Source: a virus (taxonomy: Duplodnaviria; Caudoviricetes). Taken from it: 24,420 nt of DNA. The position numbers and the translations under genes are program-made. This document shows positions 1 through 6,102 of the stretch, piece by piece. The stretch is taken from the IMG/VR virus record IMGVR_UViG_3300037722_000917, positions 1-24,420 of that record. One strand, 5' to 3'. Position 1 is the stretch's first letter. Every line of letters starts with the position of its first letter. The notes below the pieces were generated by a model. The model did no database searches, had not been told where the DNA came from, and worked only from the letters and a program-made list of their open reading frames with translations.

Positions 1-22
1 AGGAGAGGTATCATAGAAGGGT

Positions 23-63
23 AGATAGGGAGATAGGTATATAGATAGGTATATAGATAGATA
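23..63. repeat. Short purine-rich tandem repeat (AGATAGGTATAT x2 plus partial AGATAG copies) in an AT-rich non-coding segment
   Basis: AGATAGG 23-29, AGATAGGTATAT 31-42 and 43-54, AGATAGATA 55-63; far more AT-rich than the rest of the window. Confidence 0.75.
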
Positions 64-362
64 ACAAAAAGGATTATACTATATAACTAAGAGGACTTAC
101 TAACCCCTTCTCCCGGACTTGATCTTTGACTTTCTAGGAATCTGAATGAAGCGAAGGCAGGCATGGCATTTTGGCAAAACATCTGGAACTCCTTTGTTTT
201 CAACGAGTTACAGCGAAGATGTTCTCTCAACGGGCAAGAATTCTCTTTGGCAAGAGAACAACCGAACGGAACGTTGAAGGTCCACCCACCCTCCAGCAAG
301 CTGCGCGTCGTGCTGACCGGACGTCGGAGCGACACGGAGGACGGCCTGAGAATTCTTGATCC

Positions 363-392
363 TTGTCTGTCAAAGCATTCTTCAGGTATAAT
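363..392 (+). promoter_or_regulatory. sigma70-like promoter
   Basis: TTGTCT (363-368), 18 bp spacer, TATAAT (387-392); ATG at 402 follows almost immediately. Confidence 0.6.
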
Positions 393-401
393 ACCTTCAC
401 C

Positions 402-974
402 ATGCATGCTACTGTTGCAGCAGCGTATCGGACGGAGGATTTCATCGTGGAACTCGCAACGGAGTTCCTCGAACCGGTGGGGAGGAGGTCTCCGTACACA
501 GCTTCGAGGTTGGCAGTCTTGCAGGACGGGTCGACGATGCCGGTCCTGCAGCTCCTGGCGGAACGCAAGTTCGGGAAGTGGGAGGAAGAGTACTTCCCGT
601 TCTGGGTTGATGGGAATAGGCGGAACGAGACGTTGGGGAACGTGGATCTTGCAACGAGGGCGTCTCGCGTTGCGAAGCGCGCTCGCAGAGCGAGGAACTC
701 CTTCGGCGTGCCGGCGGGGACGAAGGAGTATATGAAGAAGTGGCGAGCCGCGAACAAGGACAAGGTCCGGACGGCCCAATCACAGTATGCGACGAGGCGG
801 CGAAGCGCCCTGCATTCTGCGTCCGATGCGTTGGAGGCGGTGGGAGACCCACTGGTGGAACCGGAGGTGCCGTCCGCCCTTTCCAAGCTGGAGGCGGCGG
901 TCTCCGGTCAGCCGGAGCCGGAACCGGCAAAGCCCGATCAGCGAGCGGATCTGCGATGGCCGGAGGACCGGTAA
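402..974 (+). CDS. Hypothetical protein with a degenerate HNH-like motif and a basic helix
   Basis: VDGNRRNETLGNVDL resembles the HNH_3 DGxxxNNxxxNL pattern but lacks His; KEYMKKWRAANKDKV basic helix; start chosen at ATG 402 downstream of the promoter. Confidence 0.65.
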   Translation: MHATVAAAYRTEDFIVELATEFLEPVGRRSPYTASRLAVLQDGSTMPVLQLLAERKFGKWEEEYFPFWVDGNRRNETLGNVDLATRASRVAKRARRARNSFGVPAGTKEYMKKWRAANKDKVRTAQSQYATRRRSALHSASDALEAVGDPLVEPEVPSALSKLEAAVSGQPEPEPAKPDQRADLRWPEDR

Positions 975-1013
975 ACGTTCAGAGGCTACGGGCTGCATCC
1001 CACAGGACTCAAC

Positions 1014-1214
1014 ATGAAATTCCAGATGGCCGAGATGACTCCTGCCGAAGCTGCGAAGTTCGTTCGGCAGATCGCAGAGACCTCGCAGGACTGGACTGCT
1101 CTTGAAGCCGTCATCGAGAGCGTGATTCTCTCGGCGATGGACGCAGGGAGGAAGTACGGTCAGACCGAAGTCCCTGAACGGAAGGCGTCCCGGGATCTTC
1201 ACAGTGAGCTGTGA
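1014..1214 (+). CDS. Hypothetical protein (66 aa)
   Basis: AGGA Shine-Dalgarno (SD) before ATG; protein-like helical composition. Confidence 0.7.
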   Translation: MKFQMAEMTPAEAAKFVRQIAETSQDWTALEAVIESVILSAMDAGRKYGQTEVPERKASRDLHSEL

Positions 1215-1220
1215 TAGAAT
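1186..1220 (+). promoter_or_regulatory. Repeated promoter motif, copy 1 (extended -10 TGaTAGAAT)
   Basis: CGTCCCGGGATCTTC-N8-CTGTGATAGAAT, near-identical to 3198-3232; upstream of GGAGG SD and ATG 1243. Confidence 0.7.
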
Positions 1221-1242
1221 CGGGTAGGAGGCAGAGACTGAT

Positions 1243-1437
1243 ATGAAGATCATGTTTGTCATGGGGAATCCAGATCCGAAGAAGCACAGCACGCGCTTCG
1301 ACTTCGTTGAGTTCGAGCCGGTGGCGGGAGGGGCTCCGGAGAGCTCGCTCGAGAAGTTCAAGCCGTCGTTCTATATCCCGAAGCCCTTCGCCGCGAGCGC
1401 GAATCGGATTCGGGTCACGATCGAGGAGCTGCCGTAA
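1243..1437 (+). CDS. Hypothetical protein (64 aa)
   Basis: AGGAGG SD, ATG start, downstream of the promoter motif. Confidence 0.75.
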   Translation: MKIMFVMGNPDPKKHSTRFDFVEFEPVAGGAPESSLEKFKPSFYIPKPFAASANRIRVTIEELP

Positions 1438-1438
1438 C

Positions 1439-1633
1439 GTGTCTGGACAGAGGAAGGCCGTCCACGCCCGTGAGCAGTATGATGACGTCGAGACGGCGGT
1501 TCGCGAACTCGGCACGTTGTGGGTTCTGGACCTCATCAACAAGACGTTGGGACACTCGAAGATCGCGCGCGAGAGGTTCGCGGAGAAGCGACGTCCAGCG
1601 GCTACGGGCCACAGGCCCCCGGCAAAGCCGTGA
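1439..1633 (+). CDS. Hypothetical protein (64 aa)
   Basis: GAGGAG SD, GTG 1439 directly after the previous stop; its stop overlaps the next GTG. Confidence 0.65.
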   Translation: MSGQRKAVHAREQYDDVETAVRELGTLWVLDLINKTLGHSKIARERFAEKRRPAATGHRPPAKP

Positions 1634-1827
1634 CGGTCTACGTGCTGTTTGTTCGCCCGACGGTGCATAGCATGTTCTGGGACGGCGTGCAGGCGTACGT
1701 GCAGGGCATCTACGGGTCGGAGACTCTTGCCTACGACGCTATGTTCAGGTGGCTGAGGAAGCAAGAGTATCGGGAGGCCCTCCACAAGTGGTCTATCGAC
1801 GTGCAGACGTACTCGGTGATCTCCTGA
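1630..1827 (+). CDS. Hypothetical protein (65 aa)
   Basis: GTGA overlap with the upstream gene, TGATG overlap with the downstream gene. Confidence 0.65.
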   Translation: MTVYVLFVRPTVHSMFWDGVQAYVQGIYGSETLAYDAMFRWLRKQEYREALHKWSIDVQTYSVIS

Positions 1828-2168
1828 TGCATGAGCAGCTGCGAGCAGTCTTCGCGTGGTTTCCAGAACCGATCGCGATCATTGGCTCCGCCGTCTACGA
1901 TCTGAACCGTGCTCGGGACATCGACGTCATGTTCCTGGCGACGGAGAACTGGCCGGCGTTGATGATGCGCGAGCGTGCGACGTATGTCGGGTGGGACGGG
2001 CCGACAGGTCACGTCCGCAGAGCGAATGTTCGCATCCCGTCCGTTGACAAACCTGTTCAGCTGATACAGAATGATAGGGTGAGAGAGTTCACTGACCTGC
2101 CACACGCGACGCTGCTGCGAGATGACACGGTCCTCAACCCTACGAAGTTCTTTCAGAAGGAGCGCTGA
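1827..2168 (+). CDS. Minimal Pol-beta superfamily nucleotidyltransferase-like protein
   Basis: IAIIGSAVY...ARDIDVMF matches the hG[GS]x(9-13)DhDh signature; 113 aa. Confidence 0.65.
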   Translation: MHEQLRAVFAWFPEPIAIIGSAVYDLNRARDIDVMFLATENWPALMMRERATYVGWDGPTGHVRRANVRIPSVDKPVQLIQNDRVREFTDLPHATLLRDDTVLNPTKFFQKER

Positions 2169-2171
2169 CGC

Positions 2172-2399
2172 ATGTTCTTTCAACGTCCAGTCCAGGGTGG
2201 CCGCGAACGTCTGTACTCCGGCGTTGAGCGGCGGGTCAAGGAACGCCTGGAATCCCTCGCGATACGATACAACGTCACGAAGTCGTTCGTCTCGAACTCG
2301 ATCCTCGCGGAGGCTCTCGGCGTGCATCTAGCTGAGACCTACAAGGAGGTCGGCAAGCGGAAGAAACTTCGCTCCACCAAGCGAAAGAAGGTTGCATGA
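2172..2399 (+). CDS. Ribbon-helix-helix-like DNA-binding protein
   Basis: LYSGVERRVKERLESLAIRYNVTKSFVSNSILAEAL pattern, basic tail; AAGGAG SD. Confidence 0.65.
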   Translation: MFFQRPVQGGRERLYSGVERRVKERLESLAIRYNVTKSFVSNSILAEALGVHLAETYKEVGKRKKLRSTKRKKVA

Positions 2400-2725
2400 G
2401 CAAATTGCATTGGACGCAGACGCCGGAGGGCAAGGCCAAGATGTCTCGCCGGATGAAGGCGCATCATCGACGTCTGAAGAAGGAAGGACGCAAGCACAAG
2501 AGAAGCCGGGCCGAGATCGCCGTGGCGGAGGCTGTGAAGAACGGCCGGTCGAAGCGCTCCACAAAGGCGCTTCGCCACATCGTACATGTCTGCGGGCGGG
2601 ATCAGCAAGGCATGCTCCACCGTGAAAAGCACACGGTCAAGACCTATGGAGAATTCTTCGATCTCATCACGGTGACGTATGGTGAGTATTCCCTCGAAGA
2701 ACTCTACGTGGAGTGCAACATATGA
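2396..2725 (+). CDS. Hypothetical basic protein
   Basis: ATGA overlaps at both ends; K/R/H-rich N-terminus. Confidence 0.65.
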   Translation: MSKLHWTQTPEGKAKMSRRMKAHHRRLKKEGRKHKRSRAEIAVAEAVKNGRSKRSTKALRHIVHVCGRDQQGMLHREKHTVKTYGEFFDLITVTYGEYSLEELYVECNI

Positions 2726-2799
2726 CCTGGCCTGAAGCCGCCGTCACGATCACGATCATCATCGGCGGGATTGTCATCATGCTGAGGAGTCTGCGATGA
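2722..2799 (+). CDS. Small putative membrane peptide (25 aa, MTWPEAAVTITIIIGGIVIMLRSLR)
   Basis: Exactly fills the gap with ATGA overlaps on both sides; GGAG SD; single hydrophobic stretch. Confidence 0.55.
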   Translation: MTWPEAAVTITIIIGGIVIMLRSLR

Positions 2800-3104
2800 C
2801 TTGGACCCACCCCGCGTTCAAACGGGCGGATGCCCTCTCCGAGCCGCTCCGTTCGCACTTTCCGAAGTCAAGCGAAGAAGCAGCCGCCTGGACGCCTCTG
2901 ATCATCCGACGTGCCCTTGCCATGCGCGTACTGGCCGTCGCTCGGACGCGGGTCGAGTGCACGTGGGCAGCCTACATCGACGCCGTGCCGGGCCTCCACC
3001 ACGCAAGCGAGACCACAAGCGTCCTCGATCACGGGGCGAAGCTCGATGAGGACCTCGCTCGAGCACTCTTCCCTGCGTTCGCAGAGGTGCCGTACGCAGA
3101 CTGA
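2796..3104 (+). CDS. Hypothetical protein (102 aa)
   Basis: GAGGAG SD, ATGA overlap. Confidence 0.7.
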   Translation: MTWTHPAFKRADALSEPLRSHFPKSSEEAAAWTPLIIRRALAMRVLAVARTRVECTWAAYIDAVPGLHHASETTSVLDHGAKLDEDLARALFPAFAEVPYAD

Positions 3105-3197
3105 CTGGGAGACCTCCTGTCCGTCCCGTGAAGACGGCCAGCACTGCAGATGCTGGTATGATGGAGGCGCCTGCTGTGCATGCGGCGATCCACCGGA

Positions 3198-3232
3198 CGT
3201 CCCTGGATCTTCGACAGAGCCTGTGATAGAAT
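3198..3232 (+). promoter_or_regulatory. Repeated promoter motif, copy 2
   Basis: CGTCCCTGGATCTTC-N8-CTGTGATAGAAT; same length and flanks as 1186-1220. Confidence 0.7.
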
Positions 3233-3249
3233 TAGATCGAAGCATTGAC

Positions 3250-3492
3250 ATGGCGCAGGTAGTAGAGATTAGTAGAGTAGTTCCACTAGGTGAAAGACCT
3301 AGCTTTTTCATCCGTAAGATGCGAGCGGTCCTGGAGCGTCAGGGTCAAATCGAGCCACTTCAGGTCTACGCCTTCGAGGACCATTTCCTTGTATGGCACG
3401 ACGACTCACACGGTAGCGACATCGTATTCGCTGCTAGAGAGCTTGGATGGTCAACGCTCTTGATTGTGGATACGAAGCGATACGAGCCATAG
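3250..3492 (+). CDS. Small ParB/Srx N-terminal-like protein (degenerate); may have an in-frame Cys-rich extension from ~3094
   Basis: QGQIEPLQV...FLVWHDDSHG...AARELGWSTLLI resembles the ParB-N GxxxPhxV...DGxxRxxAhxxLG pattern. Confidence 0.5.
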   Translation: MAQVVEISRVVPLGERPSFFIRKMRAVLERQGQIEPLQVYAFEDHFLVWHDDSHGSDIVFAARELGWSTLLIVDTKRYEP

Positions 3493-3547
3493 CACAAACC
3501 CCAAGTCGTAAGCAAGGGGAGACAACAGTCAACCAAGGAGGCAGCGC

Positions 3548-4069
3548 ATGATCGACGTCAACCCGCAGGAAGTGATGATGCTCACGGAGCAGATGCTCCG
3601 GAGCGGGTGGATCAAGGGATCCGAATACGGATCCGGCGTGATCGATGACGAAGGGCAGCGAAGCTACGACGCGCAGGGTGTCTGCGTGGCGGGAGCCCTT
3701 CGGGATTCCCTCACGATCGTGCTGCGTCCGCAGATCGAGCAGGTCTTCTCCACGATCCCGGAAGTGCAGGCGCTGCTGCCGTCCGTTCGCAAGCAGCTCG
3801 TGGGTCAGACCACGAAGCAATACGCGGACGCGCTGCACAGCATCTTCCGGCAGAGGATCGAGGCCGTGCTCGGCACCCACATCGAGTCGTGGAATGATGC
3901 GTCGGAACGCCGTAAGCAGGACGTGCTCGACGCGATGCGGGCTTCCCTCGAGCTGATCACGCAGGAGTGCCTGCAAGAGTGGGAGCAGGAATCCGCCGCC
4001 GACCGAACGGTCCGGATCGACGAGGCACGCGTCCTCGCCGGTGTCGGGGCTTCGAAGCGGCGTTCGTAG
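3548..4069 (+). CDS. DUF6197-like phage protein
   Basis: GWIKG...CVAGAL...IESWNDASERRKQDVL pattern; AAGGAGG SD. Confidence 0.65.
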   Translation: MIDVNPQEVMMLTEQMLRSGWIKGSEYGSGVIDDEGQRSYDAQGVCVAGALRDSLTIVLRPQIEQVFSTIPEVQALLPSVRKQLVGQTTKQYADALHSIFRQRIEAVLGTHIESWNDASERRKQDVLDAMRASLELITQECLQEWEQESAADRTVRIDEARVLAGVGASKRRS

Positions 4070-4090
4070 GGCCGCGCAGCAGCTTGCTTT

Positions 4091-4151
4091 TGCCAGGCCC
4101 CGCGGGCAACGGATGACGATCCGGGAGGGCTTCTGCAGCCTCCGCCTGGCA
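4091..4151 (+). ncRNA. tRNA-like mini-element (pseudo-tRNA)
   Basis: TGCCAGGC/GCCTGGCA closing stem; CGGAT/ATCCG hairpin; GGAGG/CCTCC T-like arm abutting the acceptor-like 3' strand. Confidence 0.45.
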
Positions 4152-4157
4152 CTGCGT

Positions 4158-4218
4158 CTTGGAGCCAATGCCGAAGCGTGAAACGCTCCACCTCACGAAC
4201 CAATGCGGCGGCTCCAAG
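4158..4218 (+). ncRNA. Structured non-coding element
   Basis: CTTGGAGCC/GGCTCCAAG perfect 9-bp stem, GCCG/CGGC continuation, inner AGCGT/ACGCT hairpin. Confidence 0.4.
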
Positions 4219-4224
4219 TCTTAC

Positions 4225-4297
4225 GGGGACGTAGCTCAGCTGGTAGAGCGGCAGGTCGAAGCCCTGCGCGCCGGAGGTTCGAGCCCTCCCGTCCCCA
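4225..4297 (+). tRNA. tRNA-Phe (anticodon GAA), atypical C33 and G37, CCA not encoded
   Basis: Acceptor GGGGACG/CGTCCCC + A73; D-arm GCTC-AGCTGGTA-GAGC; anticodon arm GCAGG-TCGAAGC-CCTGC; T-arm GGAGG-TTCGAGC-CCTCC. Confidence 0.92.
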
Positions 4298-4299
4298 CT

Positions 4300-4474
4300 T
4301 TGCAGCGGCTTCGTGTTGACCCATCGTCTCAACGGACCGTCCGGACAGCAGAGCCGGGTGGCGCTCAGAGGCAACGCCTCGTACCAGAGCTTCGCCCGAT
4401 CAGACTCGTGCACGGATTTCCGGAGCTGGCCAGCCGTGGATGGTTGAGATGGTGGTAGGCCGAAGCCGCTGCAA
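4300..4474 (+). ncRNA. 175-nt rod-like structured RNA, candidate 6S RNA homolog
   Basis: 14-bp perfect closing stem, 13-bp second stem with G-U pairs, central bubble, nested apical stems; GUGUUG/GGC internal loop and GUGGCGCUC motif. Confidence 0.6.
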
Positions 4475-4498
4475 CTTGTTCGTAGAACGGAGGATCCT

Positions 4499-4687
4499 GT
4501 GGACTGGGAAACGCGAAAGCAGCTCGAAGAGACGATCGTCGCCGGCTTTACAGACGCGGCGCGTCGGAAGGATGCGGGGCTACAAGCCCAGCTGCTTCTT
4601 GCGAAGATCCTCCTCGAACTGGAAGGGACGTTGAACGAGATGCTGATGATCCAGCAGAGGTTGGATGAGATCCGGCGGAACACATGA
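4499..4687 (+). CDS. Hypothetical helical protein (62 aa)
   Basis: GGAGG SD then GTG; ATGA overlap with the next gene. Confidence 0.7.
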   Translation: MDWETRKQLEETIVAGFTDAARRKDAGLQAQLLLAKILLELEGTLNEMLMIQQRLDEIRRNT

Positions 4688-5217
4688 CCACCACAGCGAA
4701 GCCCGAGCACATTCCCGGAACGTCCTACGGCTACCGCTGGCGCTGCACCTGCGGGAAGAAAATCTCCTCCCTCACGCGAAGCACGAACGTCAACTGCCCG
4801 TGTGGAAACATCTGGTCGAAGAACGACTCGCAGATTGTACTTCGCACATCCCGTCAGGAATCCTCCGTTTCACGGCGCAGCACGATTCCCGCAAGATCGT
4901 CTGTGACGGCCGGGGAGCCTCCGTCGGTTCATCCGACGGACCCCGGCTCCACAGCGAAGGGGGTGGGGGATTCCGGAGTCTCTCACCCCCGCTCTTCTGC
5001 TCCACGGCCGGTCCGAGTCGGGACCCTAGTCCCACCTCCCGACGGATGGGACGCCGACCCGAAGTCCTGGCACAGCCACTGCGCCGGATGCAAATCCGGC
5101 TTCCACCAACGCGCCCGCACCGAAGACGGCCTCTGGCGCTGCCAATGGTGCTGGCAGCTCTTCGAGCCTCCGCAGCGTGCCGTCCCTGGAAATCCTTTCT
5201 CTGATCCAGGAGAATAA
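4684..5217 (+). CDS. Hypothetical zinc-ribbon protein
   Basis: CTCG, CPCG, CAGC and CQWC pairs separated by a low-complexity S/P linker. Confidence 0.6.
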   Translation: MTTTAKPEHIPGTSYGYRWRCTCGKKISSLTRSTNVNCPCGNIWSKNDSQIVLRTSRQESSVSRRSTIPARSSVTAGEPPSVHPTDPGSTAKGVGDSGVSHPRSSAPRPVRVGTLVPPPDGWDADPKSWHSHCAGCKSGFHQRARTEDGLWRCQWCWQLFEPPQRAVPGNPFSDPGE

Positions 5218-5224
5218 TCCTATC

Positions 5225-5677
5225 ATGCACTGCATCATCATCGCCGCGCTCGTGTCATGCACAGGGAGTCTCCCTCCACTTAGTCCGAGCGAAGCCGCCG
5301 CTCTGCTGACGCACCCGTTCATCGCAGCGGCTTCGGTCTATGCCGAAGCCCCTCCGCGAGGTTGGCCAAATCCCACGTGGAAGCATCCGAAGCAGCCCGT
5401 AGCCTCTGAACGGTCTCCGTGGGGCGATCCACGCATCACGCTGCCGCGGCGGCGCCTCGACGGGACCCTCCTCTCCGATCCACCGACCTGGTCCTATGGA
5501 GTTCCGACGTATGGATATGCTATCCCGACGCATTACACAGTGGCACTGGAAGTACGTCACCGAAGCGACGCTCGTGAAGACTCTCGAGGATCTCAGCCTA
5601 CAGGGGTACGAAATACTGTCCGTCCAACGCACCCGCCGGTGGCTGCAGGCGTGCTATCTCGTCGTGTTCTCAGGTAG
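5225..5677 (+). CDS. Hypothetical protein, possible signal/lipoprotein leader; 3' end overlaps another ORF
   Basis: AGGAG SD, hydrophobic MHCIIIAALVSC start, Pro-rich. Confidence 0.45.
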   Translation: MHCIIIAALVSCTGSLPPLSPSEAAALLTHPFIAAASVYAEAPPRGWPNPTWKHPKQPVASERSPWGDPRITLPRRRLDGTLLSDPPTWSYGVPTYGYAIPTHYTVALEVRHRSDAREDSRGSQPTGVRNTVRPTHPPVAAGVLSRRVLR

Positions 5678-5693
5678 GGAGTATCCAGCATGA
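5511..5693 (+). CDS. Small hypothetical protein (DUF4177-like)
   Basis: WKYV...LEDLSLQGYEILSV pattern; GGAG SD; ATGA coupling to the next gene. Confidence 0.5.
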   Translation: MDMLSRRITQWHWKYVTEATLVKTLEDLSLQGYEILSVQRTRRWLQACYLVVFSGREYPA

Positions 5694-5890
5694 AGCGCTT
5701 ACGCGTGACCGTCGAGCAGATCGTGGACGTGGATGATTCCGAGCATCCGATAGGCGTCGACGTCGACGCATTCCACGATTCGCTCGTAGACGATCTCCTC
5801 GATGCCCAGGGAGACCCTCATCCGACATCCGACACGAAGTTCGAATACATCCCTCGTGAGATCGTCTTCGTGAAGGTGGAGGCGGTATGA
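5690..5890 (+). CDS. Hypothetical acidic protein (66 aa)
   Basis: GGGAG SD, ATGA overlaps. Confidence 0.7.
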   Translation: MKRLRVTVEQIVDVDDSEHPIGVDVDAFHDSLVDDLLDAQGDPHPTSDTKFEYIPREIVFVKVEAV

Positions 5891-6102
5891 CGGAGAACCT
5901 CCTGCTGTCAGACGCTGAGCGAGAACGCTTCGCCGCTTACCTCGAACGGGACGCTGTCTCATCTGAAGGCATAGCAGAGCAGATGCAGAAGTTGGGTGGA
6001 CCGGTAATCGAACCACTTCGACAGCAGGTGCTCGCTGAAGCGGCGGCCTGCCGTATCATTGCGAAGAAGTTACGAAGCACGGAGTCCCAGCGGGTGAAGT
6101 GA
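5887..6102 (+). CDS. Hypothetical protein (71 aa)
   Basis: GGAGG SD, ATGA overlap. Confidence 0.7.
   Translation: MTENLLLSDAERERFAAYLERDAVSSEGIAEQMQKLGGPVIEPLRQQVLAEAAACRIIAKKLRSTESQRVK

Noticed and set aside
87-930. Overlapping ORFs 87-779(-), 163-735(+), 227-886(-) and 442-930(-)
   Set aside because: R/S/P-rich shadow frames of the 402-974 gene or of non-coding sequence; no motifs
2044-2072. TTGACA-17-CAGAAT inside the nucleotidyltransferase gene
   Set aside because: The -10 lacks the first T and lies in coding sequence; a possible internal promoter but not supportable
3245-3275. TTGACA at 3245
   Set aside because: No acceptable -10 at 16-18 bp; the extended -10 at 3224-3232 explains the region better
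4298-4360. Theta/HDV-like ribozyme downstream of the tRNA
   Set aside because: No G at the tRNA 3' junction and no nested double pseudoknot could be built; the long-range stems fit a rod instead
3805-4710. 301-aa minus-strand ORF and plus-strand ORF 4159-4458
   Set aside because: They run across the tRNA and structured RNAs with non-protein-like composition
5290-5335. Inverted repeat CGAAGCCGC/GCGGCTTCG similar to the 6S-like closing stem
   Set aside because: Explained by Ala-rich codons (EAAA/AAAS) in a GC-rich ORF
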